A stretch of 64,000 nt of DNA from positions 87,048,001-87,112,000 of the forward strand of contig OZ024744.1 of NCBI GenBank assembly GCA_964016885.1. The letters run 5' to 3'. Below are positions 1-14,484 of the stretch, one piece after another (position 1 is the stretch's first letter; each line of letters starts with the position of its first letter). This DNA comes from Eledone cirrhosa (Eukaryota). The position numbers were made by a program, and so were the translations under genes. Below the pieces are notes generated by a model. It was not told the origin of the DNA. It saw only the letters and a program-made list of their open reading frames with translations, and searched no databases.

Positions 1-239
1 GTTTGATATAGTATTGCAACTCAGTCAATAAGACAAGCTCCATAGAGTGTGTTAGCAGAAGATACACTCTTGGAGCATCGAGGCTTGCCCCTTCCACACG
101 AAATGAAAGGACACACGCTTTAATAATTTCTAGGACAAGGCAAGACGGTCAAGCGCTAATGCATAGTCAAAGAAAGGTAGCTTCCTTTCAGCCCCTTTTA
201 TTTTAGTGTCAGTGGTCACCACTTACGTGACCTCTTCCT

Positions 240-1115
240 AGATTCTATCCACACTGATATCAGATCCGAACTGCACCATAAGTACATTTACTAGATCCTT
301 GGTTCTGTGACTGAAACTGGCTTTCAGTTGCTGATTTGCAGACATACTGAATTATTCCGGTTAATACATTTCCTTACCTTGTGGTACTCCGCCAGAATGG
401 TGATTAACTTTGTAGATATCATATATGTAAAAATCTCTCTTTCCAGTTTTTTAGCTGCATTCAACAAAGCAATCTTTTTTACCTTAGTCCCCAGTTTGCC
501 CTACCTGATACAAAGCAAACGGCAAAACGAGTTTAACAATAGTTTCTACTGAATACCATGTATCTTCTACAGCTGACAAAAAGTATTCGACAAAATTTCA
601 CAAATCAGAAATGTTTTATCACATCGAGCGAATCTTCGCCAGGTCAGGTTGATGTTACCCTGTGCCTGTAACTTTCAACTAGAAACGTCAACGCTCCTCA
701 GTAGTACTTTTGGGTCAGTGACATTTAAAAACTCTCCATAATTCCCGGGTCGAATTTTCTTTGTATCAGACCAGCCAATTGGTTCTTGTTTCTGAAGCCT
801 TGAATATTTTCAATTTTCCCCACCACTTGTCAACTATCGACTATCAACCTTGCTCGGTTAGCAGAGCATACCGAACGCCTGAGAAAATTCCACATACCAG
901 AAGCTATGTCTTGGTCTATGTTAGACCCAGGACTGCAGCCCTGTCAATAGTATGAGGCGTGAAAAGATCTGCCTGAGGACCACATGGGCTGTCCTCATCG
1001 ACGAATCTTTGAAGATGCCGAATCCATGGCGCATGTCTTCGCATCATTGAGTAGCAAGCCCTCCACACAGAAGGTGTTGGCAATAGATGGCCCTTCTGGC
1101 GTGTAGAAGGCACCC
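240..1115 (-). pseudogene. Highly decayed Tx1-like ORF2 3' remnant
   Basis: Minus-strand text reads 'ccatctattgccaacacc..ggagggct..atgatgcgaagacatgcg..cggcatct..gctgcagtcctgggtc' and 'RKFDPGIMESF*MSL..GAL'. This is colinear with SICCQHP-GGLG-MMRRHA-LQSWV-FGPGPMDNFQKSL of the intact ORF2 at 23637-27056. Left boundary uncertain. Confidence 0.6.
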
Positions 1116-1487
1116 CTGCTACAAAACAAAAAAAGTAAACAATCCAATTTATTCAGACCATAGCTCGAGCATGGCGCAACAGTTGCAAGTTAAATTACAT
1201 TTTTAAAGAAACGAGCGCCTCATTCACCATCTGTTCCCGACTTCTCTGAACTAGATTCCTCACAGTCCATTCTTGTAATTCGGGACTGGGGCCTTACCAT
1301 ATATTGCGTCGCATCTTTTCGGCTTGAAAATGTTCTTAATGTGTTATGTCATTATGGATAAACGAATACACTGCAGCAGTGTAATAACAATATAATCGAA
1401 ACAAACGGCAATAACCACACGTAACGGAACAACAATCTTTTAAGAACCAACAATCCAACACACTAACTCGAACTGTGACTTGAACCA

Positions 1488-1719
1488 CAACTTTTACTAT
1501 CAACACATGATCTGTGGAACTAGTACAAACTTTGACTATCAACACACGAACTGTGGAACTAGTACCAACTTTGACTATCAACACAAGATCTGTGGAACTA
1601 GTACCAACTTCGACTATCAACACATGAACTGTGGAACTAGTACCAACTCCAACTACCAACACAGGAACTGTGGAACTAGTACCAACTTTGACTATCAACA
1701 CACAAACTGTGAAACTAGT
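1488..1719. repeat. 39-bp minisatellite, ~6 copies (caactttgactatcaacacangaactgtggaactagtac)
   Basis: Units start at ~1488, 1527, 1566, 1605, 1644 and 1683; this explains the 13-aa periodic ORFs on both strands. Confidence 0.95.
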
Positions 1720-2249
1720 TTGTGTTCCCCACTTACTCAGGCCGCTACTATTTATATGTAGTGGTCCAGCTCATTCTCGCCAGGGGGCGTCGCACTCTCG
1801 CACAACATAATGTTACACGTGTCTGTTGAATTCTCAAACATTCACGAGTAGGAAGTTCGGTGGATTGGGTAACTGAATGTTCGTTATTGACCCCGGTAGA
1901 GGATCCATCATGTCTGCTCGATCAAATTTGACATAAACGTAAACACAAACATCTTCAAAATGATGGAGGTACTGTTTAAAATTTATGAGTAGAAATATCA
2001 ACAATCCATATAAAACAAACAAAACATATAAAACGAATTAATGCAATTTTAATATTTTCAGAGGTCCCTGTATTTCGAGTTTTGATTAATGCTATGCCAA
2101 TTTCTTCAATGCTTTCCTCCCAACATGTTAATGATAACTTTATGCTTCTCTACGAGAAAACTGTTTTACATATAAAATTTAACTGATTTGTCTAACTAGC
2201 AAAACATTGCTTTCTTTACAAAAGATACGAAGAAAAACTAATATTCCCT

Positions 2250-3430
2250 TTATTGTTGTTTGATAAACATAGGTCAGATCTGATCGAGGAAATGTATGAT
2301 TTAATCCTGCTACCCGTAACCATTCTGCTGTTCAAACATAGTTTATCTCAGGCTACATTATTCAATATATGCTTTTAAAATGGTATTTAAGAAAAGATTG
2401 TTTGCTACATCTAACAAATCTAGAAAAACGGAGTATGTTACTTAATTTATAAAAGAAAACACACTTCTATGTATAACCCTTGCACACCCTCAGGTCAGTC
2501 TGATAGAACGAGCAAACTAATGACCAGTGACGTTCCAGTTACTAGTATCCCATAATTGTATATATTAGGAACTGGAAAGAAGGACTTGATTTGCAGGAAT
2601 TATCAGTTATTTCAAACAGTTAGAGCGATTACATGGAGACACTCATGTTGTATTAGTTAAGGGAAGTGAAATATGACGTTTTAACTTGCATGATTTCCCC
2701 AAGGGTGTAAGTAACTGACATGACTCAACCGGGATTGTTTGCCACAACTAGCGAAAATATTAGTCACTATTTTATATGTCTTTTTGGTTATTTTCGCAGC
2801 TACAAAATCGATTTTCAATGGCGTTGTTACCATGAAAATTCTTTAATGCTGGTGTCGATATTCCAGTATACATAGGAATGGTTCTCTTCAATTTATTTAG
2901 AGCCAGTTTTAGTGGCAGAACGTAGTTGATAAATGATGAAAAGGCCATCTCTAAGGAATTGATTTAACCATGTTAAATATACGTGAGAAACACTCGTTTT
3001 CGAAAACTCGCAAATATTCGGACGCACGACATTCTCATTAATTGCACTGAAAAGCCAGAAGAGAAAGAATCTCCATGGTTATCTCGCAAGATTCTTCTGT
3101 CTTTCTCAATCATTTTTATTTTATTTTTGTCTCTATATAAGTCTCTTTCTTTCTCTCACTGAGTACTAATATATCGCTATAAAACAACATGTAATAGTTA
3201 ACAAATGTCATTTAAATCTATTTTGCAGAACAGTCATTTTGCTCCAGGATTTTATTCTTTGTTTTCTTTATATTATTTTTTCTTATTCTTATTTTCTTTA
3301 TATTCCTTCCCCCCGCCAACCTCTCCTAACTATCCATCCTCACTCATTTCCTTTCTCCTCACAAAAACACACATTCAAACACGCATATAAACACACCACC
3401 TCTATCTCGAGTTTTCACTCTCTTCTCCCT

Positions 3431-3515
<85 letters not shown>

Positions 3516-3805
3516 GCATATATATATAAACACTCCCTTTTTAGCTCCTATATATATATATATATACATGTACACATAGTGTCTCTTATAAAGGGAGTGT
3601 TTGTGTAGCCTTTCAACCTGATAAGAATAGCAGCAAAACTTCCCTTAAATGATGTCCATCTTACCATCTGAAATGTAAAAGGGAACACATTGGATAATGT
3701 AATCCTGGTTATATTGCCTGAAAAATAAGAGGGTACGGCAACTCCTGGAATTCATTGATTATAAGATTACTACGTCAGAGCTAACCTAGGGCAAAGCAAC
3801 ACCAA
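2250..3805. mobile_element. Three decayed copies of an interspersed SINE-like repeat (~2250-2420 and ~2480-2640 in one orientation, ~3600-3805 in the other)
   Basis: Shared motifs: 'ggtcag..ctgat(c)ga', 'ctacattattcaat' versus 'attggataatgtaatcc', and 'aacctgataagaatagcagc'. The last also matches the 93-bp satellite unit at 16.4-17.1 kb. Confidence 0.5.
3435..3511. repeat. (CT)n microsatellite
   Basis: Pure CT dinucleotide run. Confidence 0.95.
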
Positions 3806-4278
3806 AAGTTGTACCCACCTATATATCTGTCAGCATCTGTTTATGTTTCACGGCGAAAGATATACCTACGAAAACGTTATATTTAGAAATATATTTAAAA
3901 CCCAACATTTAGATATCATGAAATTTAAACAAATACATACACTAACCCCCCCCCCCCCCAAACACACATATATATATATATATATATATATTTTTTTTCC
4001 TCGTCCTTCCTCTCATCATTCTTTACTTTCTATTTATCTTCTGACGTAAGAACAGTGTTCGAAACGTTACGTCTCTCTTCCCGCTATTTCAAGCGTTAAA
4101 CTGATGTATTTCTTCCTTGTACTCTGCCGTTTGTTTTGTTATTCTTGTTATTCATATTTACCCTTTACACACACACACGTGTGTGTATGTAAATTACATT
4201 ATAGGAGGTGTGTACCAAAGTTTTGAGCCTGATTATGATCTTTTTGGCAGTAATCCAAATTTACTTCTTTATTTGATT

Positions 4279-4468
4279 GCGGTGGATTGGCAGTATCGGT
4301 AGAGGGTCGGACGCCATGCTTTGACGTATAGAGTTACGGCCATTGCCATTCTGATTTCAAATCCCGCCGAGGTTAACTTTGCCTTTCATCCTTACGGGGT
4401 CGATAAAATAAAGTACCAGTAATGCCCTGGATAATTGCTGGCCTTGTGCCAAAAGTAGAAACAATTAT
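4279..4468 (+). mobile_element. tRNA-derived SINE family 1 (~190 bp, ATT tail)
   Basis: A-box-like 'tggcagtatcgg', B-box-like 'ttcaaatccc', central 'gcctttcatccttacggggtcgataaaataaagtaccag' and 3' end 'ggccttgtgccaaaagtagaaacaatta'; at least 8 other copies in the window. Confidence 0.85.
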
Positions 4469-4832
4469 GATAATAGAATAATGTTTGTTTTCTTTGAATA
4501 ATGGCGTTTTCTTTGCATAATGACAAAGAGCCATGGAATGTTGAGTGTAGGTGTCAAATGTCAAAGATTGATATTTGTAAATGTGTCTTACAAGAGCTAT
4601 TTCACCCAACATATTCACCAGAATGTGATCGCTTACTGCTTTGTCTCTTTTCATATTTAGCACAGTTTAAAAGGTTAACAGCTCATCTGCGATAAAAAAA
4701 AACTGCAATCGACTAGAAAAAGAAATTCTGTGAAAATGGATTCAGGCAGCTGGGTAATTAATACGAAAAGTGTATTGAAATTAATTATGTTTTTATTGAA
4801 AAGTTATAATGAGATTTGGCATATATCATAAA

Positions 4833-5410
4833 CTATCATCAAACAACAATGGAATGGTTTCTGCGCAGTATCGCATTGCTCTAGGTCGGGCAGCTTTCAA
4901 CAAGAAGAAGGAACTTCTAACATCAAAACGAGTTTCCTATCATTTGAAGGCTAAGATTTTCGATACTTACATCCTACCAGTTGTGTTATATGGTCTTGAC
5001 TGTGTTAATTGGACGACAAGGTCACTTCAGAAGCTCTCTACATTCCAGAACCACATCATGAGACTTATGACTGGCAAGTGGCTCAGTGACCGTATCTGTA
5101 TCAGTGAGCTTCTCAACATGACCAAACTTAGACTAATTACATCAATTGTCAAGTCAAGAGTACTCAAACTATACGATCATATAAAAAGATCAAATCATAG
5201 AGTAAGTTATGCCTAGAAGGAAGGTTTGCTGGTGAGAGAAGTAGAGGCCGGCAGCCAAAACGATGGCTTGATAATGTCAATCTATGGACTGGACTTGATC
5301 TTTGCTCTTTAAACTCTGTTACTGGTGATCGAACTTTGTGGAGAAAAATATCTTATGTTGATGTGCAGCCTGCAACTGGCAGAGTTTAGCTTCAAAGTAG
5401 TAGTAGTAGT
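4833..5410 (+). mobile_element. 5'-truncated RTE-clade LINE 3' fragment with (GTA)n tail and TSD
   Basis: ORF 4809-5216 (RIALGRAAF..LPVVLYG..W) followed by 'RGRQPKRWLDNV'; (gta)n tail; 'atatcataaa' duplicated at 4823-4832 and 5411-5420. Confidence 0.8.
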
Positions 5411-6599
5411 ATATCATAAAATTTAAGATAATTTTAATGTCGGTGTAAGAGATGTATTGTAGGTACAGTTTATCGAGCTCTCAATGAATATTTAATCAAA
5501 TATGAAAAACATGCCTTTATTCTCTTCATACATAGGAAACATTCGTCATGGATTACTTTATATGCACTCTGTAGTATATAAATATTCATTGTTCAATTAA
5601 TTACATAACCGACAAAAGTACATTATACAAATTAACCTGGCTATTTAAAGTCCAAGTTTGTGCTTGATATAAATAGCTTTTATCTGTAGCGCTCATATTG
5701 ACGGCGGTCGTTGTTATTCAGGTAGATGGAACACACCGTTTTCTTGGTCACTGTCGACGACTGGCATTAATAGCACATTCTTAGCAAAGAAATGTGACGG
5801 GTGGGTCTGCGGAAATAGTGATGGTGATAGTTATGTCTTTCACATTTGGAGCCTATTGCTGTTGACACTGCTGCTTTATTTTTGTTTGGTCTCTCTGTTT
5901 TTTTTATTCCCTCCTCATCTGCACAAAGACATTTCAGTGATCTTTACTCTCACACATGTGGCAACTGAACGTTCTAGCATGTAAAAATGTTCCATGCATA
6001 TCCTAGTCATTCTTACAATGGGGAAGAGCTAGGAAATCTCCGTGTGATCTTTTGGAGGTCATTAAAAATTGAATGTCTAAACTCGCCCCTGTGGATAACC
6101 TCACACAGCCACGTATTGTTCTAAATCTCTTTTACTCAACATAATCGTATATCTCTGTCCATGATCCTCGTATTCCGTATATTTACTTTACCACGACTCT
6201 CTGTATAGTATTAAGTGTACTAGCTCTGTGTGTGTGTCCTTGATATACCCCATTTGAAAATTTAGGAGAGTATTTGTTGATACTATTTATTCCAGCTTGT
6301 TTTGAGAGAATCACGCAATGTACATAAATATAGCAAATGGTTATTTGTGAATCACAATCTCTAAACATTTTAATATATCTGAAGACAAGCCTTTCTTTTA
6401 TCCTGGGTAATAAGTAGACACGCAAGTTGTCCATAAGGAAATACAATTGGAAAAATCACAGAGCTCCCTTAGAGAAATCCGTTTGCTTCAACGTAAGCAA
6501 AATATTAATAACTTTTATTTATATTATTATAATACCAGAACGATTAGAAAAGGTGAAAGGTAAATCGAAATAAATGCGAGCAACGCACGAAGAAACCTA

Positions 6600-6920
<321 letters not shown>

Positions 6921-8874
6921 ATAAAATATGTGGAATACAAATCAAAACCCTTTGCAGCCGACCTGACAAAATCACATGAAGAAAGATACAAAGTAAATTT
7001 AATAAGGTAAGATAAGTAGAAAAAATATGAAAAGAAGTGGAAAGGAAAATAGCTGATTATCTAAATATTTTTCGCTAAAGATTTTCGTCGTTGCTTTAAG
7101 TGCCCTATTCTGAGTGCTCACTGTTGTTGAAATATTGTTGTTAATGTGAAAATATTGCTCAAGATATTTTCAAGTGTATGATCGAAAAGTATGCCTAATT
7201 AGTTTTATGTTATGATTCCACTGAACTGATGAAAATACCAGTATCTTGTTGTTGTTGTTTTTGTTTTTTTTTGTTTTTTGCTTTCTTCTTATTATTTTTA
7301 TTTTTATTTTATTTGTTTTTTTTTTGTATTTTTATACAAAGCGTTCAATTATATGACTGACGTGTACAAGTAGTTAGTTGGTTAGTTAGTGTTTTCGTTT
7401 GATGATTCGATATCAATTTACTATCAGGAAAACATGGAATTTTCAAGTTTTCTAGATTTATTTTATTTTATTTTATTTTATTTTACTTTACTTTATCTAA
7501 TCAAAACAAATATCATATTGACATCGTTAAAATATTTAACTGTATAAATTCGCATCTTCAGAATTTTATGTTTCGATTTGTAAGAAATAATAAAATAAAA
7601 ATCAAATGAAATAAACCATTTAAGTAAAGAGATAAATGAATGTAAATATTATACAATTTATTTTTTTAATGTGATTATCTTTGAATTAAATGAATAAAAG
7701 TATTTGCATTTATTGATTGACTGATTGACGTATTGATAAAATTAAATAAATAAAAGAAATAAAAAAAGTAAGAAAAAGAAAATAATTGTGATTTCTATTA
7801 ATACTAGAGGTGTTCTTATTAAATTATTATTTTCGAAACCTGATCTTGTTTTTAATGGAGAAAAGATGTTTTAAAGCAAGAAAGATGGTGTTCCGACCAA
7901 ATACCGTATATCATTTATTGGTAGTTTCACACTTTTACGTGCTGAGTTCTAATCACAGCAATTTACATTGTTGGATACCCTGTACTTGATTGTCCGACTT
8001 CTTGCATTCTGAGTTCAAATCTCGATTCTTAGAGCACGTCCCTTGGCTCTGATAATGCAACATTCGTGTTTCGCATTGAAGAAACCGTCTAATGCCATTC
8101 CTGCCGCTAGCACGTCAGTTGCAATGCCACTACAAATAGCCTCGTCTAACGTAGCTACCAGCTCCCTCTCCTTTCTATTTTTCCTAACGCTACTTCTTTG
8201 CTGAAACCTATCGGAATTACTTTAATCTCTCTTTTGAGAGCCCACCACCACCTGTTGCTGACGACCCCGAGGATTAATATACAATCACTTTGAAATACAT
8301 ATAATTAAACAGGGGATGTACATTTAAAACCGTCTATCGTCTGTATACTATATATAAGTATGTATATAAATACAGTATATTCACTGATGAATTTCACAAT
8401 AATGGGTGCAATTCCAAATTCTTAGCAAGAGAATTACAAGAGAATTACCTTGTATCTTGTACGCAAAGTCTGGAGTGAAATATGTGTAGAAGCTAAAAGA
8501 AATGGCAGATATAGAGATGTAAAGAAATCGTGGTGAAACTACATTTTATTTATGTCACCAGTGACAGTGATGCGTAGTGCGAAGTTCGCTTGATGATCAT
8601 TAATAAATTGGAATATATATATATATATATGTTTATGTATATGTATATCTATAATTAAATCTATATCTATCTATCGATCTATAGTCTACAACACGCACAC
8701 ACACACACGTTCACACACACACAGATATGTGTGGGTGTGTGTGTGTGATGTTACGAAGTAAGTATATATGTATGTATATATCTATCTACTTATTACCCAC
8801 TCTACTACCCTACATATCGAGTACTCTGGTGTTATATGGTCCACCTAATATCTTACCACACCTTCTTTGTTATT

Positions 8875-8913
<39 letters not shown>

Positions 8914-9273
8914 TATATACGCGCATACACACACACACACAAGCATACACACACACACACACACATATATATATACATACATATCATATATATCATATCA
9001 TATATATGCTATTTCTAATAGCCATCTTTTCACCCTTTGATAATTTGTGTGTGAGACACGTTGGTTGAGTGCATCTGACAGGAACTAATAGATTGATTCT
9101 TCTTAGCTTCCCGTCCTCACGTAAAATTTGTAAATCAGTGGCTAGTTGAGACATAGAGTCCTATCGGTTGCCAGTTGCTAATCGCTTTACAGTGTCGGTT
9201 GTCACAAACAGTCATGACCGGCATGGGCCGGTGTTTGGATTCTGTCGATCGATTGGTTATTGATTAGGCGATA

Positions 9274-9383
9274 CCCGCTGATGAAGCCGCATAAGCCGAT
9301 TGTGCACTGTTGCATAATATATGCAGACAGATGGTGCAGTGCACCTTACTGCTGCATTAGTGCGGCAGAAACTCGAGTCCGGG
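9274..9383 (+). ncRNA. Type-I hammerhead ribozyme motif (family A), intact core
   Basis: cccg-CTGATGA-a-gccgca...(long stem II)...tgcggc-a-GAAAC-tcga-GTC|cggg. Stem I is cccg/cggg; stem III is the palindrome ACTCGAGT. Confidence 0.8.
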
Positions 9384-9747
9384 AACCTTATAGGCACCCG
9401 TTTTACGTGTGTTGTGTTGAGGCAAATAACTATGTGTATACTCTGGTAATGTATCTTACATTGCCCATTGAGTGCGCTGAGATACAACCGGTACTGGCAT
9501 TGATAAATATGCTAGGTCCGTCAACCTTTATTATATATATATATATATATATATGTATGCATGTATATGTACATATATGCTATTCACAATTTCTTGTTCC
9601 TCGTATTGTAAGATATATTGCATTAAGAGAAATAGACAGAGAGATTGCGATCAACCTAACGAGAGTCATGTGTGGATGATGAAGAAAAAAAGAGATGGAA
9701 AGACAGAGAGAGAGAGGGGGGTGATAGAGAGGATGGGTGAAGGGGGG

Positions 9748-9792
<45 letters not shown>

Positions 9793-10213
9793 CAAAGAAT
9801 TCCAGAAGAGATAATGTGAACTAAAAAACTCGTAAAGTAGAAGCGAAAAAAGAACAGCGAGATGAAAAAAAGAAAACGAAAAAATTGTGAAAATAAATAT
9901 TCTTACATAAACTAAAAACATATATATTGTTTAAACAAAACAAAACAAAACAAAACAAAAAAAAAAAAAACAACTTGTAACATAGAAGGAAAACAAACCC
10001 TTTCGATTAGATAGCTAAAATAAAGTGATTTTCTGAGTATCAGCTCAGTGCAGGATGATGCGGTGTGGTGGCGAAGGATGTGGTGTGGTGTGTGACCATG
10101 TGATAGAAGGCAATTAGCAATTATTACACAGTTAGTCTGTGACTCAGCGAGTCTTTCAGAGAAGTGCCCAGGAATATATACATATCTCTTAAGAATCCTT
10201 AGAGTTTCGAGTG

Positions 10214-10253
<40 letters not shown>

Positions 10254-10689
10254 GTTATTTAGTTATATATTTGTTTTGTTATATATTTGTTACGTTATTC
10301 TTTTAATCTGATTTTTGAATTGTTATTCCAAGAGGAAGGAGGGAAAGATATATCTTTTTTTTTTCATTTTTTTTTTCATATTTTTTTTTCATATTTGGTG
10401 GTTTATTTTAACCTATTTTTTTTTTTTTTGTGATTATTTATTAATCTTTATCTACTTTACTTTTTTTCTCTATGTTAATATATTATTCATTTCCTTGTAA
10501 TGCACATTTCCGTCTCCCATTCATTCACTATATTGAGTTCGCTGATACTTGATCGATACACAACTTCTATTTTGCCGGATGTAACTATGTTAACAATAAA
10601 TAATATGAAAATGTATTTATATATTTATATACGTAGCTGTCTCTCTGTCTTTGTATAAATCGCTTTATCTGCTTGTCTGTCTGTCTGAC

Positions 10690-10721
10690 TATCTATTTAT
10701 TTATCTATCTATCTATGTATG

Positions 10722-10796
<75 letters not shown>

Positions 10797-10838
10797 ATGT
10801 CTGTCTGTCTGTCCGTCTATCTGTCTATCTATCTATCT
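10690..10838. repeat. (ATCT)n/(GTCT)n microsatellite
   Basis: Directly visible; abuts the 5' end of the Tx1 copy. Confidence 0.95.
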
Positions 10839-10839
10839 A

Positions 10840-13800
10840 CCGTCCTCACCCCGCCAGGAACCACCACCCTACAAAACAACCCCTCCAACACCCTCCTGGA
10901 CATTGTGCAGCCTGGTCCCCAGGAGACGAAAAGGTGAGTGATTTCTTTTCCTCTTCTTTTAACTTTTCAGCACCAACATGGTCAATATAAGATTTGGATG
11001 TATGAATGTACGCGGCATGGGGTTGCTCTGGAAACAGGGCAAACTCTTAAACGACCTCAGATCGCACAGTATGGATGTAGTAGCCATTTGCGAGTCCAAG
11101 ATCCACAGCGAGCGACAGCTGGCCTCCATCTTCGATGACTTTGAGATCTACGCATCTCTCTGTCAGCCGGGAGGTGGGGGCGGGGTTGCCGTTTTGCTGT
11201 GGAAACACCTGGACCTCGTAACAGACGATACATTTGGACCCGGAGGGTCGACTGGTGGTCCTAGGCGTTGATGGTAGTGAAGGTGGAGCCTTCAGGCTGG
11301 TGGCCGCATATGCCCCATCCGGGACACCGCGGCCATACTTCTTCAAACGTCTCGAGACTTTTCTGGGAACGTCCAGCTCCTTGCTTTTAGTGAGGGACTG
11401 GAATGGAATCATAGATGCACGTTGGGACTATGTGGGAGCATGTCCCGATAAAGGGGGGTGTAAAAGCCTCAAACAGTTAATCGGCCGATTTGACCTCGCC
11501 GATAGATATCGACTAGATTTTCCGGCTATGCCACTGTAGGCGTGGACTAATCGCAGCGGAACATCAAGATTGTACCTAGATAGGGTTCTAGTTAAAAATT
11601 AGGATAGGGTCATGTTAAGCGGTCCACAAATGTTCATGGTTGCCTATTCAGATCACAAACTAGTGACCTGCATGGTCACCTTGATAGAACCCATAGACAA
11701 GAACCCGGCTACTGGAAGCTAAACATGTTTATACCGTCACGCAAAGCCTAGAGTAGACGGATTAGCACTTTAATTAAACAGCACTTGACAGGGGCCATTG
11801 TCAACAACAGATGGTGGTACTCTCTCAAGAGGGCAGTTAGATTAGACTCGTTAGTTTTTAGTAAAGAATTAGCGTTAGATAGAAATAGAACCGAGAAGGA
11901 ACTGGTAGATAAAGTAGAAGAGGCAATTAGAAGTGGCAACGTAGCCAGCGTGCTAGCAACGAGAAAGGCCTTGGACCAGTTCATCGACGCAAAGCACGAG
12001 GGCTGCGTTGTCAGAAGCAAAATACGTCCTTTGGGTAACGAGGGAGCCAAAGCTGTTAGTTGGGCCCGGGTGACGGAGGCGAAAAAGGGCAACAAGTCCA
12101 CGATTCGGTCTTTGAAGGACCAAGACGGACGCGTAATACGTGAGCCGAAGCAGATGTGCCGGCCTTTCAGCGGTACTTTGCTCAGCTGTTCGGGCAGGGC
12201 GGTGCGCCGGGAGGGGCTATGGATTTCGGTCCATACCTCGACGGCATACCGCGACTCTCGGACAGCGAGGTGAAGTTCTGCAAAAAGCCGATTTTGGCCG
12301 CTGAGATAGGGGACGCGCTGAGGCAATGCGGCAAGCGCAAGTCTCCAGGTTTCGACGGTCTTCACTACGAATTTTACGTAGCAATGCCCGACTTATTCTC
12401 CGGTCTCCTGGAAGCGGTTTACTGCAACTGGAAACAGAACTGGAGAATTCCCAGTTCTGTGACCAGGGGCTTAGTCACACTAGTCAGGAAGGACAAGAAT
12501 AAAGGGGATGACATAGGCAACTTCCATAACTCTGCTAAACAGCGAGTTACAGATTTTGGCCAAGGTGTTGGCAAAGAGGCTGGCGCTTGTCGTCGAAAAC
12601 CTGGTGGGAGAAGCGCAGACATGTGCAATCACGACCAGGTCCATACACGGCAACCTCAATCTCATGCGATACATCATAGAGAGGGTAGGGTGTAAACCCG
12701 GCTTCAGCGGGGCCCTGATCAACTTGGATCAGTCTAAGGCTCTCGATAGGATTGACCATCGTTAGCTGGATGCAGTGCTCGAGGCGGCAGGCTTTGGACC
12801 CGTGTTCAGGGGCTGGATTGCTGCAATGCACAACAGCAACATCTGCTCAAGAGTCAAGGTGAACGGCTACCTCAAAGAGCCGTTCCATATCACGCGATCC
12901 ATTCGACAGGATAACCGCTCTCCTCCCTTCTGTACGTACTGACTCTCGAGCCACTACTGCGGAAGTTGGAGCTATTGCAGGGCATCCCTCTGGAACTGGG
13001 ACTGCGGAAAGCGGCGAAAGCCAACGCCGACGACGTGACAGTAATGGTGTCGAGCACCTCGCAAATCGAGGAAGTTGGCACCTTACTGAAGGAATACGAA
13101 AGGTTCACAGGAGCGAAGCTGATCTGGGACAAGTCCATCGGTTTGCAACTCGGATCATCGGACGCTGGACGGTAGGACCAGTAAAGCTGCTCGGGGTTTG
13201 GTTTGGTCCGGACCTCCAGGTGGAGAAGAACTGGAACGAGGTGACGGCCAACGTGTTTGCACTCACCCAGAAGTGGGCCGAGTGCAAACTATCCTTGAAA
13301 GGTCGGGCGGAAGTGGCGAAAACTTTTATAGCGTCCGTCATCTACTACCGTTTGATCGTCGTGCCTTGTCCAGCCAAAAGGCTCACCAAAATAGAGCGCG
13401 CGCTCTTCCAATTCCTTTGGAAGAAGCGGGCTCCTTTGGTGAGAAGATCCATCTGCTGCCAACACCCTTCAAACGGAGGGCTGGGAATGCCGTAGCTGAC
13501 GATGCGCAAACACGCGCTCAGATTTCGGCACCTCCACGTATTCCTCATCGGGCAACCGGTGTGGGCCCCTTTCGGGAGGCGAGCATTCCCACGACTCGTC
13601 TTGCTGATCGAGCTGCAGTCCTGGGTCAAGCAAAGACCGAGGAAATGGGCGACTGGCACATCGAATGTGCTCAGGCGCTCACAGCCTTCTGGCAGGCGGA
13701 CCCGGCGATCACTTCGTCATTCTATAGTGGGTTGGTCCGAAGCAAGTCGGAGAAAGTCTAGGCGTAAAAGAAGACGAACTGGCCAGTTTGTTCGGTAGAA

Positions 13801-14484
13801 CCTTCCGCCCGGGACCGATGGACAACTTCCAAAAGTCCCGTGAGCGAAGAGGAAATCGTCGCGCACGCATTTGCACACTTCCCGGGCGTTACCGACCTGT
13901 GGGGTTTTGTAGAACGACTATGGTTGCGGGTGGGACTAATCCAGTTGACCACCGAGTTCATTGTCATGATCCAACCGCCACCCTCCTTCAAAAACGAAGG
14001 AGAGGCGGTTTTCCTTTGTGTGATAGCTATGGCGAAAGAGGTTGTATGGTGGACGAGGTTAAAAGGACTGAGGTCAGACACCTTTCTCTCCGGCCAACAA
14101 CTGATTCTTTTTTTCAAATACCACTTTGGAAGAAGAATCAGGATGGAGAGAGAGAGGTGCTGTACCCCAGCAAGTTTTATGAAAGGTGGGTGAAAGTGGC
14201 GAGAATGGCCCGAGTGAATGAGCCTTCTCTCGATATCAGCCTGTAGGTTGAGGAAAAGGAGGAAGAGAGGAAAGGGGTACAAACTCTTCGTACTCTTGGA
14301 GATGAGGGTTGCACATTTTTTTCGGGGGTATGTGTTACCCATATGAAATGTCTCCCCCTATTGGGAAAAATCGATTAACTTTTAAATTACATTTGTGATA
14401 ATATTTTACACGTTTTTATTGTATGTAAACTTCCTCCTTTGTATTTGTCCCCTTCTGTTGTGCCCCTGTGGCTAATAAAGAAAC
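10840..14484 (+). mobile_element. 5'-truncated, frameshifted Tx1 (L1-clade) non-LTR retrotransposon, family 2
   Basis: Fragmented APE (NVRG, CESK, AYAP, DWN), RT (KSPGFDG, LDQSKALDRIDH, NADD) and C-terminal region homologous to the 23637-27056 ORF; 3' end 'cctgtggctaataaagaaac' followed by (atct)n. Confidence 0.92.

Noticed and set aside
4279-4375. tRNA gene
   Set aside because: A/B boxes are present but there is no full cloverleaf; it continues into a SINE body, and other copies have TSDs.
8253-8482. Two further CTGANGA..GAAA candidates (~8258 and ~8385)
   Set aside because: Stem II or stem I pairing is incomplete or out of register; possibly decayed hammerheads, not counted.
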